Source: Neophaeotheca triangularis (lineage: Eukaryota). Taken from it: a stretch of 64,000 nt of DNA. Under the pieces are notes generated by a model, which was not told the DNA's origin, searched no databases, and saw only the letters and a program-made list of their open reading frames with translations. The stretch lies in assembly GCA_054600435.1 (NCBI GenBank), contig BAAIJX010000023.1, positions 62,001 to 126,000 on the forward strand. The letters are read 5' to 3'. Made by a program: the position numbers and the translations under genes. Of this stretch, positions 1-10,613 are shown piece by piece (position 1 is the stretch's first letter; each line of letters begins with the position of its first letter).

Positions 1-322
1 TGCTGCTACTATTACCGTCGACGACCTCAGCCTTGCGCTCTTTATTGTCTGCTTTCCTCCTTTCATCAACAACAGCAAGCATCTTCCGTCAACACCTCAG
101 TCTCGGTTTAAACTCGCCGCCGATTGCACAGGATACAAAGTACACGAAGCGGGTGCCCACTTGCTGATCCTTCGGCTGGCCGAGACTGCGAAATAAGTTC
201 GCGCACTCCGCAACCATGAAAACCCCAACATGTCTCGCCGCTAACCATGGACGCAGAATACATACAGCAGACGAGTGTAGAACGCAAAATTAGCCAAAAC
301 ATCCTCCCGAAAGGGGCTTGCT

Positions 323-2059
323 ATGGCACTTCTCAAGCGGGAATCCATCAGCCAGCAGACTCAGCCGCATGCAATGGCTTCTCCAGACGTAAAGAAGTCC
401 AATCGCCGGAGCGTTGGCGCATACTTGAAACGAAGATTGACTCGCGATGGAGGCAATACGACGAGTTCGAATTCGAGCACCAACGCTTCCTCCCCGGATG
501 CTCCTGGTACCCCTCGATTGAAAATCTCCCCGCCACCGCAAGAGGTTCGACCAGCACCGACATCGCTTCAGTCAACCCTCTCGACCAATGGGAATTTCAC
601 CTCGGATGCTCCTTACAAGTCCCCTGAGCTTACTTTGCTCGCTTCGAATGAAAATAGGAGCGACGATGATCCGGATCAAGCGATTTCTAACGGTGCCAAT
701 GACTCCGGCGACGATCTAGAGAAGACCCTTTCTGCCACTTCCAGAGGTGGCGGTCTGAGATGGGCAGAGGGCACGCAGCCAGCCGGGCCCTCTCGACAGT
801 TGAGCAGTGCCAACGTGCGCCGGTCGTCAATCTACTCCCGGCACTCGGAGGGTGGTTTTATGGCTGGCGCTAATACGGGTGTCGGGTCCAAGGCCAGAAG
901 GCTTTCTGTAGATATCCCTGACGAACTCCAAGTGGACGAATGCCAGTTGAATGACCACTTCAGCGTCCTCGCCAGAACTGGCAAGAAGACGATTGGCGAA
1001 GGTGGCGCGGCAATGGTGCAGCTTATGAAGAGCAAGACGGCCGGCGATGGCAAGTACAAAGACAAACTCTTCGCCGTGAAAGAGTTTAGACCATGGGAGA
1101 AAGACGAGGAGAGTGAGGAGGACTACGTGCGCAAGATCAAGAGCGAGTACGCAATCTCCAAATCTCTGGACCACCCCAACATCGTCGAAACTTTCCGCCT
1201 TTGCACTTCCGATAAACGCTGGTTCCACGTCATGGAGTACTGCGAGCCTGGTGACCTCCATGATCTAATCGGCAAACAATACTTCAAACCGGTCGATCGG
1301 AATTGCATGTTCAAACAACTCTTACGCGGCGTCGATTATTTGCACAGCCACGGCATAGCGCATCGAGATCTCAAATCCGAAAACCTCCTCCTGAGCAAAG
1401 ACGGCTGTGTCAAAATCGCCGACTTCGGCACAGGCGAGGTCTTCACCGGCGTGCACCCCGGCCTCCGACGGTGTCGAAAACAAAGCGCGTGCGACGATAA
1501 ATGCGACATCAAGCTCTGCGCACCGGGACTCTGCGGCAGCAGGCCGTACATGGCGCCCGAGATTATCGAGCATAAAATCGACTACGATCCACGCGCCGTT
1601 GACGTCTGGAGCTGCGCCATCCTCTACATCAGCATGTGTCTTCACTCCCTGCCCTGGGAGGCGGCGACACCCGACATCAATAATTTCAACATTTACTGCC
1701 ACAGCTGGGAACGCTGGCTCGAGAGCCATCCTGGTGACGGCGGCGACAGCGAAGGCCGCATTCTCTCCCCCGTCGACATGCCCGATTTCGCTTTCAGCCC
1801 GCAGTTCCGCAAGCTCGACGACATGCCTACCCGCAAGCTGATATTGAGCATGTTGCACTTGGATCCCGCTAAGCGGCTTACGATTAGGGAGGCTCTGGAC
1901 TCAAAGGTCGTCAAGGAGTATGCTTGCTGTCAGCAGGAGGGCTACAGCGATGATATCCGCAACCGCGAGCGCAAGGCGCTGCACAACCACTTGCCGCCCA
2001 AGGAGAAGAAGGGGCCGGGCAAGTTTCTCGCGCCGAACTTTGAGGCTAAGAAGAGCTGA
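323..2059 (+). CDS. Ser/Thr protein kinase, fungal HAL/NPR-type (PTK2-like), 578 aa, intronless CDS
   Basis: Kinase motifs GEGGAA, FAVKEF, HRDLKSEN, DFG, GSRPYMAPE, DVWS. The activation segment 'EVFTGVHPGLR...LCAPGLCGS' resembles filamentous-fungal Ptk2-like kinases. Ser-rich disordered N-terminus. Confidence 0.92.
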   Translation: MALLKRESISQQTQPHAMASPDVKKSNRRSVGAYLKRRLTRDGGNTTSSNSSTNASSPDAPGTPRLKISPPPQEVRPAPTSLQSTLSTNGNFTSDAPYKSPELTLLASNENRSDDDPDQAISNGANDSGDDLEKTLSATSRGGGLRWAEGTQPAGPSRQLSSANVRRSSIYSRHSEGGFMAGANTGVGSKARRLSVDIPDELQVDECQLNDHFSVLARTGKKTIGEGGAAMVQLMKSKTAGDGKYKDKLFAVKEFRPWEKDEESEEDYVRKIKSEYAISKSLDHPNIVETFRLCTSDKRWFHVMEYCEPGDLHDLIGKQYFKPVDRNCMFKQLLRGVDYLHSHGIAHRDLKSENLLLSKDGCVKIADFGTGEVFTGVHPGLRRCRKQSACDDKCDIKLCAPGLCGSRPYMAPEIIEHKIDYDPRAVDVWSCAILYISMCLHSLPWEAATPDINNFNIYCHSWERWLESHPGDGGDSEGRILSPVDMPDFAFSPQFRKLDDMPTRKLILSMLHLDPAKRLTIREALDSKVVKEYACCQQEGYSDDIRNRERKALHNHLPPKEKKGPGKFLAPNFEAKKS

Positions 2060-2198
2060 ACCTATTCAAGACGGCAGTGACAATATTTCAAGAAAGAGAC
2101 GAGGTTCTGTGACGCATAATTTGCGATTCGCGTCTGTGGTGATTGCTACGTATACGGCTTCCTCCGCTTTCTGGTCGGATTACTGGCAAGGCCAACGC

Positions 2199-3989
2199 TC
2201 ACCACAGTTCCCACACGGCAGATGGAGCAACTTTCCGCATGATGTGCCAGTGCCGCTTTGCGGAAGCAGCCTGCTGCGATGCCCACTGCGCTTCTTCGCC
2301 AGGCTGCAGCATGGCCTGCGGCGACTGTACAAACGAAGAGCCAGCGACAGAAGAGGGAAAGGCGATCTCCCAGTCCGCGCGAGGAAAGAGGTAGTGTCGG
2401 CGACTCTGGCTACCGAGGAGATCCGCCGGCAGCGGTTGGCGGAAAGCAATCGGACCCGGGCTGTTGCGGCAAAAGACGACCATGTTGAGGAACTCCGACG
2501 ACTCGCTGTCGTCGTCACCCTCCTCATCTGTTGAATGCGATGTCTTCCGGGAAGACAGAGGCTGGTCGCCGTAGATACGGCAGCGGCCATCGAAAACCGT
2601 GTAGATAGTCTTGAGAATCTTGGCCGTCAGCGGCGCTTCTACTTCTCCCGCGTAATTGATGGCAATGACACCATGAGTCGCCAGAATGCTCCGTAGATTG
2701 CGGACAAAGGGCTCAGTGAACAGCGCCAAAGGCTCGGCCCCGCCGGTGAAGACGTCGTGCAAGATGTAATCGTAGCTTTCGAAACTGCGCGGGTGCACGC
2801 TCGCTTCGGCCGCTTCGACTCCCACCCATGAAACGGCATCTTGCAGCACGGCCGTGTGGTTGCTCGGCAGCGCAAAATACTCTGTCGCGAACTGGTGGAC
2901 GACGGGGTCGAGCTCCACGACGGTCGTGTCGATGCCGTGGGCCAGGAGGGCTTTGGGAGCGGTGCCGACGCCCAGCCCGATGACCAGAGCGCGGGCTTCG
3001 CCGTCCGGCGTCGCGTACCCGTCCGGTTGCTGCATCAAGCGCACGGCTTCGAGCATTTCGAAGACGGCGTAGATGGGCTCGCTCGTGGTCCAGCCTTCGC
3101 CGCGGCGTTGCGGGGTCAGGGTCCATTCGCCGCCGAGGAGGGAGTGGTCGCAGCGCAGGACGCGGTAGCCAAGGTCGGCATTGTCGAGGACGGAGATGTA
3201 GCCTGTGGTGCTCCATTGCCGGGCGATGAGGTTCCAGCCGTGGTCGCGGTGGAGGTGCGTCTGCAGCATGTTGGTCGTCGAGCGCGAGGTGTAGGTTGTG
3301 TTGATGATGACGGTGTTGATGAAGGCGGGCATGGCGAGGAGAGCGGCTTTGGAGGGCAAGAGCACGAGGTACAGCGCGGCGATTAGGAGCTGTAGGTTTG
3401 TGGGTTCGAGGAAGGGCAGGCCGCCGCTGCTTGCCCACCACGTCGGGAGGAGGGTGGTGAGGTGGCGTTCCAGTGCGGTGAAGAAGGCGAGGCTGAGGGC
3501 TTGAGAGAGGAATTTGCCCCAGTTGTAGGTGTTGGTCGCAGGGTAGAGGCCTAGATTGTCGACGCTTTCTGCTGCTGCGTAGGCGGACAGGAGGATGACG
3601 CTTTGGCAGGACGCGAGGCTTGTGAGTCGAGGTCCGTAGGTTGGGCCGAGTAAGTCGCTGTAGCGGAATAGAGTCATCTCCAGGGGAAGTGTCCAGGCTG
3701 CCACGATAGGGAGAATCCGGATGAGGAGTCCCCGCGGGAATCGCGGTAGACGGTTCTTCAGTGTCCATTGCAGGGCGAAACCAAGTAGAATCGATAGGCT
3801 TATGGACTCCTTGTGGTTTACCGATGAAGGGATGGCGCCGTAGACTGGAGCGAGAGCGGCTTGCGATACTGGCGATATCAGCGCGGCCAGAGCTAGACAT
3901 CCAGGCGTTATGGTCCAATCGCGAAGTTTCCTAAGGGGACTCGATGGCGTTTGCTCTGCTGCCACCTGTGGCGGCTTTTTGGGAGGCAT
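2199..3989 (-). CDS. Membrane-anchored class I SAM-dependent transferase (spermidine-synthase-like/methyltransferase fold), 596 aa
   Basis: Several hydrophobic segments in the N-terminal ~230 aa, then 'STTGYISV', 'LRCDHSLLGGEW', SAM motif I 'LVIGLGVG', 'VVELDP', 'YDYILHDVFTGG'. Confidence 0.85.
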   Translation of the reverse strand: MPPKKPPQVAAEQTPSSPLRKLRDWTITPGCLALAALISPVSQAALAPVYGAIPSSVNHKESISLSILLGFALQWTLKNRLPRFPRGLLIRILPIVAAWTLPLEMTLFRYSDLLGPTYGPRLTSLASCQSVILLSAYAAAESVDNLGLYPATNTYNWGKFLSQALSLAFFTALERHLTTLLPTWWASSGGLPFLEPTNLQLLIAALYLVLLPSKAALLAMPAFINTVIINTTYTSRSTTNMLQTHLHRDHGWNLIARQWSTTGYISVLDNADLGYRVLRCDHSLLGGEWTLTPQRRGEGWTTSEPIYAVFEMLEAVRLMQQPDGYATPDGEARALVIGLGVGTAPKALLAHGIDTTVVELDPVVHQFATEYFALPSNHTAVLQDAVSWVGVEAAEASVHPRSFESYDYILHDVFTGGAEPLALFTEPFVRNLRSILATHGVIAINYAGEVEAPLTAKILKTIYTVFDGRCRIYGDQPLSSRKTSHSTDEEGDDDSESSEFLNMVVFCRNSPGPIAFRQPLPADLLGSQSRRHYLFPRADWEIAFPSSVAGSSFVQSPQAMLQPGEEAQWASQQAASAKRHWHIMRKVAPSAVWELW

Positions 3990-4596
3990 CTTGGGTATTG
4001 TTGTCGTGTTTCAACCGATATAGCACTGGCCTTGAATGGATAATTTCGTGTCCGCTTATGTCTTCAGTGCGTGGTTCTTTTTACATGCGGGTTGCACAGA
4101 TGTTCAACGGAGGTTGAAGGAGAGGAGAGGAGAGGAAGCACTATATCTGATACACACTGAGTCGCGTGGGCTGTGTTGTCTGAGCGTGCGTGAACGAAAA
4201 TGTAGCAACTCGATGTCTGCTGTTGTTCCTCAGAGATTGCTGTTGAAATTGTCTACCTAGCTACTACTTGTTAGGTATCGTCTGGGAACGCAGTCTTGTA
4301 TATAGGTACAGTAGTCTTTGGGAGTGCCCCCTATATATCCACGCATTCAGCCTGTTCGGCCCTGGCACCCCCTATGCGCCAAGAAATATGTCCCTCCCTC
4401 CCGCTCGGCTGGTCCCGAAGGGAGCTATCGCTGCCTCGTAGCGAGCTCCAACTTGTACCTCGCCCGCAGCCTCGCTCCCTCATTTGCGCGCATACACGTC
4501 GATATCTTCGACTTGTTCATCCTCACCCACTTTCACATAACAACACCTCGACCCGCGACCTCGAGCATCCTTAGCCCTTTTCCCGCAAGCGCAGTC

Positions 4597-6098
4597 ATGG
4601 ACCAGTCGCTTGACGACATTATTGGGGAGAGCCGCCATGTGAGTTACCAGTAAACATACCAAGGCCTTACGCACTTCACTGACAATGTATCTTACAGCAA
4701 CGTCCCAGAGGCGGCGGCGGCGGCGGTGGCCGTGGCAGGAATGGAGGAGACCGTCGTGCTCCGGCTCCGGCTCCGGCCCCACGCGCAGAGAGACCTCCCC
4801 CACGCGGCCCACGCGGTCCCCCAGCTGCCCACTACGCCAGAGACAGCTACATTGGAGAGGAGAAGAAAAAGGGAAGTCGCTCACCTCACTGCCATTCGCA
4901 TGCTGCATCTGCTAATCCTCCAGCAGGTACTTGATATTTCCCTTCCCCCACATGCGGCGACGAACGATCCCCGATCGATTAGCAATGCCCACGACCCGTG
5001 ACCGGCTGCGCCAAAGCGAATCACCTACTGACCGTGGACCGTCCGCCGTCAGGCATGGGACGATAGCAGGATCATGAAAGAGTATGCTCTCGGCAATCGC
5101 GTTTTTGGCGAGTGCCCCGTATTTACACGCAATGGCAGTGACTGGAAGCACGACCGATACTTCGACCCCCACCCTGCTCGCGAAGACAAGTACGACCGCT
5201 ACGAAGATACGCACCCTGTGCACCAGCTGTACGTCACCTTGCGCCCGTGGGAGAAAAAGTGGTGTTTGCTGACATTTGGTACCATTAGCGGCGAGTATGG
5301 AGTCAGGATCAGAGTGGAAAACCTACACTACAACATCACCACAGACGAGCTCTATGTGAGTACTGAAAGTTTTTACTAGACGATAAGTGAGGTTTCAGGC
5401 TAATCCACCATGTATAGGAACTTTTCACCCGCATCGGACCTATCACCGAGTCGACCATTGTGTTCGACAGGTCGAATCGCTCTACTGGCATCGCATTTGT
5501 CACCTACCCCGATCCTCTCGACGCCGAGCGTGCTCTTCGCGACTACAACGGTGCGAAGGCTGGCGGCCAGGTCATTCACCTTCGCGAAGTTCCATTGGCA
5601 CCACCCCCGAGGTCCGGCCCCAGAGTCGCCGAAGCTCCAAAGTCCCTTATGGATCGCATCGAGCGACCCGGCCGTAGCTTGGAAGATCGCATCGACCCGC
5701 CCGGTGGACGAGCTCGGGGTCGCGGTGACAGAAGAGGTAGAAGCCGCAGCGCTAGCCCACGCAGGATGAACAGGCCGGCTCCTGAGGGCGTAGATCGCTA
5801 CGTCCCTGGTGGTGATCGCGACGATCGCCGTGCTTCGCGCTCTCCCATCAGGCGTTCCCGTGGGCCGCGCGAGCAAGGTGGAAGAGGCGGACGTGGAGGG
5901 CGTGGACGTGGAGAGCGTAGAGAAGAAGGTCGTCCCAAGAGGGAGGACAGGCCTAAGAAGTCGGCCGCGGATCTTGATGCTGAAATGGACGACTACTTTG
6001 GTGGAGGATCCGGCGCAAAGACCCAGCAGAGCAACGGTGCGGCGCAAGCTCAGCCTCAGCCTGCCGCTGGGGACGACGACATTGATATGGCTTTGTAA
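4597..6098 (+). CDS. Aly/REF (Yra1/THOC4-family) RRM mRNA-export adaptor, ~360 aa. Exons 4597-4638, 4698-4871, 5053-5081, 5139-5228, 5289-5355, 5418-6098 (second donor non-canonical)
   Basis: N-terminal MDQSLDDII and C-terminal DLDAEMDDYF UAP56-binding-type motifs, RGG-rich arms, WKHDRY motif, RRM (IRVENLHY...STGIAFVTY). The joined exons total 1083 nt and are in frame. Confidence 0.85.
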
Positions 6099-6470
6099 TG
6101 GCAGGCAGAGTGAATCCTTGGCAGGCGTGGGAGGTGGAGAATCCATCTTTCCGGGGCAGGACTATGCAAAGGTTATTGGGTGGGTGGGCAGGTTGCATCA
6201 TAACTGGGATGATGCTGAGAAGTTCACAATGGCGAGCATAAAGTGAGCTAAAGGGTGTAAACCTGGCAACACTGCACGTACCTGTATCACCAAACCTAGG
6301 AAAGGCGGAGGATGGCAGCATCGGACAATTAATTCCATTCACAGAGCGAGTATTAAATAACCCATAAGCGCTCGCTATGACCCAAAAGAGAGTACACGCT
6401 TAGAACGCTCATCCAACAACGAAAATACGAAAAGATCGTTTCCCACCCCAGTCACGGTTCCAATGTGATC

Positions 6471-8486
6471 TCAAGCTCTATTCCTCGTCCGTTTCCGCTT
6501 TGGAACGTCAGCTTCATCCCCGTCGTACCCCTCCGCCTTTTCCTCTTCAACCTGCAATCCCTCCAAAGCCTCCTCCAACTCCGCATCCTCATCCTCATTC
6601 CCGCCCTCCCCTCCGTACTGACCAACCACATCCTCAACCCCCAACCAGCCCTCGACGAGCGCAACCCCAACAAGCCCACTCGCACCCCCTAAGCCCCCCT
6701 CGACCCCGGGATCCAAAAGCTCCTGAACCCTCCCCAACACCCCCTCCAACTCCAACGCCCTCCTGAAACCCTCACCCCCCTTTTTCCTCCCCCCCTTGAC
6801 CCCCCCAAACAAAGAGCTAGGCCACTCAACCCCCTCGAGCAATTTAAAAAGCACAAAATGCAACCACACGACATTGGTCCCAGGGCAGAAATCCCGCCAG
6901 CTCGTGCCCTTTTTCGCGACGTTGCGCTTGATCTTCCGCCACGACGTGTCCCAGTCTGCCAAGGGGGAGGAGAGGAAGAGTTGCGAGCGCATGTGGCGGT
7001 AGATTTCGTATTGGTACTCTTCGGTGCTGTCGCCTTCGAAGAGCTCGGGTTGGAGGGAGAGGTCCGTGTAGGCTATCGGGTGCTCCGGGGAGGAGGAGGT
7101 TGAGGTGCTGTGCGGGGTCATGGTGGCGCGGGAGATGGTGTAGTCGATTAGAGTTGTTTCGAGGGATGTGAAATTGAGTCGACGGTTTAGATCGAGGCTG
7201 CTGTAATCTGTGCTGGTTGTTGTCGGGGTTGGGGATGGCGCGTTTGAGCGGACGCAGATGTTGCCGAGATGGAGGTCGCGGTGTTCGAACTGCGCGCCCT
7301 CTTCGCCTTTGGCTAGGGTGAGCACGACTTGCCAGAAAACGTCCCAGACGGAGAAGATGTTGCTGCAGTTGCCATCCTCGACCAGTCTTTCCAGGTCTGT
7401 GCCGGCGTCTTGCATTTCTATCACTGCCCAGAGTTGGTCGTCAGTGTAGCTGGTTTTTTTGGACGGGTCCGGGAAGATGCTGCCTTCCTTGCCGGCGTTC
7501 TTTTGGTTCGTGTTGTATTCTTTGAAAGCTTTCACGAAAGGGGGCGGGGGTCTACCCTTCAGTATTCTCACGTCGCGGAAGTTGGTGAAACCTGGGATAC
7601 TGCTCATTCTCTGTAGAAGTCGTACTTCGCTTGCGACGTCCGAGGGCGCGGACATGGCTTCGGCTTTTTTGAGCGCAGCGTTGCGTTTGCGTTTGTCTTT
7701 TGGGAGTTTGGACTCTGGTGGTTTCAGAGCTATGATTTTTAGCACGGATTCGTCGGCTCGGGAGAAAGAGAGAGAGGATATGTGCGAGGACAAGCAGAGG
7801 CGGTAGACTTCGCCGAAAGAGGCTTCCGCGATTTTAATCAGGTCGAAATGCGTTGCTAGCTCTCCAGCCCAGGCAGAGAAGTCTTCCAACCCGTGTGCTG
7901 AACTTTGCAGTAGCTGTTCGCAGTGATCAGAGTATGCGTCTGGTGCTGGAAGCGGATCGCTCTCGATTTGGAGGTCTCCAATGGCCTTTGCCACCTTTTC
8001 TTCCCTTTCATCGAGCTCCTCATTGTGTCTGTGATTCTCCTCTTCATTGTATTGTTCCTCGTGTGTCTCTGGTATCTCCGGTGTGTGCTCAGGCTCGGGC
8101 CCCACCTCCGGCGCCTGGTTCTCCTGATCTTCGCCCATGGCACGAACGACAGCCTCACATTCTTCCGTCCTGCATCCACCATCAAACTCCCGCTCGTCCT
8201 CTTCAGTGATCAACCTGCCTGATCGCGGCCGCCGCCTGTGCCCTTTCCGAGAAATGACAGGGGATTGAACGACGACATTGGCATTCTTTTGGCCAAGAGC
8301 CACTCTTTCATTATCGGGAGAGCGAGCATCCTGGACCTGTAGCCTAGACAGCTCCTCAGATACCTCGATGACCTTCACGATCTCGGTATTGGCTTTACTG
8401 CTGGGCTTCTCTGGGCTGGCTGCGAAGATGGCGAAGGGATCGTGGGTCGCTCGCGAGCGCTTTCCGTATACTTGTTTGCGAGGCAT
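6471..8486 (-). CDS. Haspin-family atypical protein kinase (Alk1/2-like), ~671 aa from MPRKQVYGKR (in-frame upstream ATG at 8594 possible)
   Basis: Haspin-specific motifs KIAEASFGEVY, EHRDLHLGN, IDYTISR (DYT replacing DFG), YQYEIYR, TNVVWLHF. Confidence 0.92.
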   Translation of the reverse strand: MPRKQVYGKRSRATHDPFAIFAASPEKPSSKANTEIVKVIEVSEELSRLQVQDARSPDNERVALGQKNANVVVQSPVISRKGHRRRPRSGRLITEEDEREFDGGCRTEECEAVVRAMGEDQENQAPEVGPEPEHTPEIPETHEEQYNEEENHRHNEELDEREEKVAKAIGDLQIESDPLPAPDAYSDHCEQLLQSSAHGLEDFSAWAGELATHFDLIKIAEASFGEVYRLCLSSHISSLSFSRADESVLKIIALKPPESKLPKDKRKRNAALKKAEAMSAPSDVASEVRLLQRMSSIPGFTNFRDVRILKGRPPPPFVKAFKEYNTNQKNAGKEGSIFPDPSKKTSYTDDQLWAVIEMQDAGTDLERLVEDGNCSNIFSVWDVFWQVVLTLAKGEEGAQFEHRDLHLGNICVRSNAPSPTPTTTSTDYSSLDLNRRLNFTSLETTLIDYTISRATMTPHSTSTSSSPEHPIAYTDLSLQPELFEGDSTEEYQYEIYRHMRSQLFLSSPLADWDTSWRKIKRNVAKKGTSWRDFCPGTNVVWLHFVLFKLLEGVEWPSSLFGGVKGGRKKGGEGFRRALELEGVLGRVQELLDPGVEGGLGGASGLVGVALVEGWLGVEDVVGQYGGEGGNEDEDAELEEALEGLQVEEEKAEGYDGDEADVPKRKRTRNRA

Positions 8487-9323
8487 GGCGACAAGTATTA
8501 CGTGCGTTGCGTTGCTCTCTGAGTGTTTCCAGTCTCGTCTTGTCCACTTCCCATAAAATATCGAATGTCGAGTCTGATGTAGTAGGCCCTGCATTGCACG
8601 TACCGCACTCAGCTCGGACTCGATTATACGTCACTTGTTGATGATGGCTGCCATGGCAACAATCTTATCTGCAAGCACTTTACGCGAAAATACCTACGCC
8701 TCGCGTCTAAGATTTCGAGTCGAATTGTCGAGACTGTATACCTGTGTTGTGTATTGCGCCCATTGATACCTTTGATCGTATGTTAGCATACTCTACCCAT
8801 GGCATCATGATCCCAGCGAGGAAGATCACGCCCGACGTACAGGTGTCACACTGATTGCAAATACGCAGCGAGACTGCATTCATTGTTGCCCAGGTAGCTC
8901 TAAGAAATGCAATAAAAACCCCTCAAGCAAGAACAAGAGCAAAGTGATAGCCCCTGAGCCAGAGTACTGCTTGACTACCATATCCGCATCTTATCCAACG
9001 TCCAACAAAAAGAAATCGCCCCCAAGATCCAGCGGCTACGTTTACCCTCATTAACTAGGCTTTTCATCGGATCTGGGAAATGCTGTCCGGCCCGAGTGGA
9101 CGAAGAAAACGGTTGTCGAAGAGATAAAAACGGCTGCCCTTTGTCTGTCAGTAGAAGAAGCGAGGAGGAAGATTTTGAAAATATGGCCGAAATGGGACGA
9201 AGGTGTAAGCAGGCTGAAATGCATTCTTAAAGCAGTCGAGCCCGCGGAAAGGGGTGTCGATCGATGGGCTAGATATCGTGAGTATCCGAGGTCGCTTAGC
9301 CGTCTGTCCATGACAAAGTCGGC

Positions 9324-10613
9324 TCAAATGTTGGAATTGTTCTTCGCCGGGCTGTCTTTAGTGTCACGCTCAGTAGTGCGGAGACGAGCTGATCGTTTCC
9401 CGTGGCCCTGCGTCCATCCTTCGAGAGATCGCTGTGGCGTGTCCGTCGGTTTTGTTTGCGACATTGGTACGTTGGTGGCTTCTCCTGGCTCGCTGAGGCA
9501 GGGTAATATGAGCCGCTCACTTGAGCTTCTCAACCTTTCGGTAGAGCTTGACGTCGCTCCTCCGTAATTTAGCGCCATGTGCTCAAGCATGTCGGTTCCG
9601 TCTGAGGCTGTTGTAGGTGGGGACGAGGACGGTGTCGGTAGAAGGTCTGCTTCCATCTGGCCAGCTTTTGCAGTATACATCTCGCCACCCGGTGTCCCCA
9701 ATTCTGCCATATTGCTTTCTTCCAGTTGCTTTGGGCGAGTGTCTGCTGCGTCGTTCTGATGCAATGGCGCGACATCTTCATCGGAATCCGTATCAGTCGT
9801 ATCGTCTTCCGTCGTATCGCCATCCGATAAACCCACCGCTGCTGTAGCTGCGGCAACCCGTGCGAGGCTACGTGGCCAGAGCGGTCTCACGCTAGCATCT
9901 GCTGCGATAGCTTCTGTCCTGCAAGCTTGTAACCAACAGTTGAGACGCTCTCGGATAAAAATCTCGCTGTAGACTTGTAGCACATATTTGCGGTCGACGT
10001 CGAGCTCGCCAAAGTCTGCTGCAACATTCAGTGTCTCCCATTCGCCGGTGTCCGATCTGCGCATCAAAAGGTTCTTCCCGGTCAGGTCTTGATTTCGGTA
10101 AGTTGTGCATTGCCAAAGCCAATCTTTTTCGCAGAGGTAGAGCTTTCGCATAAACCGTCGCAAGGTAGATCGTGCTCTAGCAAATGGGCGCAGGTCTGGT
10201 CGATCTCCTTTGATCTTGTGCAGACGGAACATGGGAAAGTCCGCCACTATTTGCCGTGAGTACTCAGCAGCAGTGCTGCCTTCAGTCGCCGGAAGGAGGC
10301 GGAAGCTTGCTTCATCAGTCCCCGCCGCTCTAACATCGTCTCCCCCTGGGTCCAACTGACTGGACTTTTTCGCGAGTGTTGGGCTTCGGTTCGGGTCTTG
10401 AGCCTGGTATAGAATGGTACCGTCCCGCTGAAGCTGTTGTCGAACGGTGAATTTGACGGTTGCATAGGGCAAAGAAAGGCCGAGAGGAGTGTTAGCGAGC
10501 AAACGGATTTCCGCATCCCGTGGTAGCTCCCTTGAACTTCTAGCTGGTACTCGTGGTCGCAAAAGCTCGAACGGTGCAAATCTAGGCCCCTTAGGTAGAG
10601 CTCTTTGAGACAT
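9324..10613 (-). CDS. Hypothetical protein, 429 aa, no recognised domain
   Basis: Long ATG-initiated ORF with protein-like composition (ordered N-terminal half, acidic/Ser-Thr-rich tail). No motif recognised. Confidence 0.6.
   Translation of the reverse strand: MSQRALPKGPRFAPFELLRPRVPARSSRELPRDAEIRLLANTPLGLSLPYATVKFTVRQQLQRDGTILYQAQDPNRSPTLAKKSSQLDPGGDDVRAAGTDEASFRLLPATEGSTAAEYSRQIVADFPMFRLHKIKGDRPDLRPFARARSTLRRFMRKLYLCEKDWLWQCTTYRNQDLTGKNLLMRRSDTGEWETLNVAADFGELDVDRKYVLQVYSEIFIRERLNCWLQACRTEAIAADASVRPLWPRSLARVAAATAAVGLSDGDTTEDDTTDTDSDEDVAPLHQNDAADTRPKQLEESNMAELGTPGGEMYTAKAGQMEADLLPTPSSSPPTTASDGTDMLEHMALNYGGATSSSTERLRSSSERLILPCLSEPGEATNVPMSQTKPTDTPQRSLEGWTQGHGKRSARLRTTERDTKDSPAKNNSNI

Noticed and set aside
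2713..3918. 401-aa alternative-frame ORF overlapping the methyltransferase
   Set aside because: Arg/Pro-rich shadow frame expected from GC-rich codon bias; the other frame carries the domain motifs.
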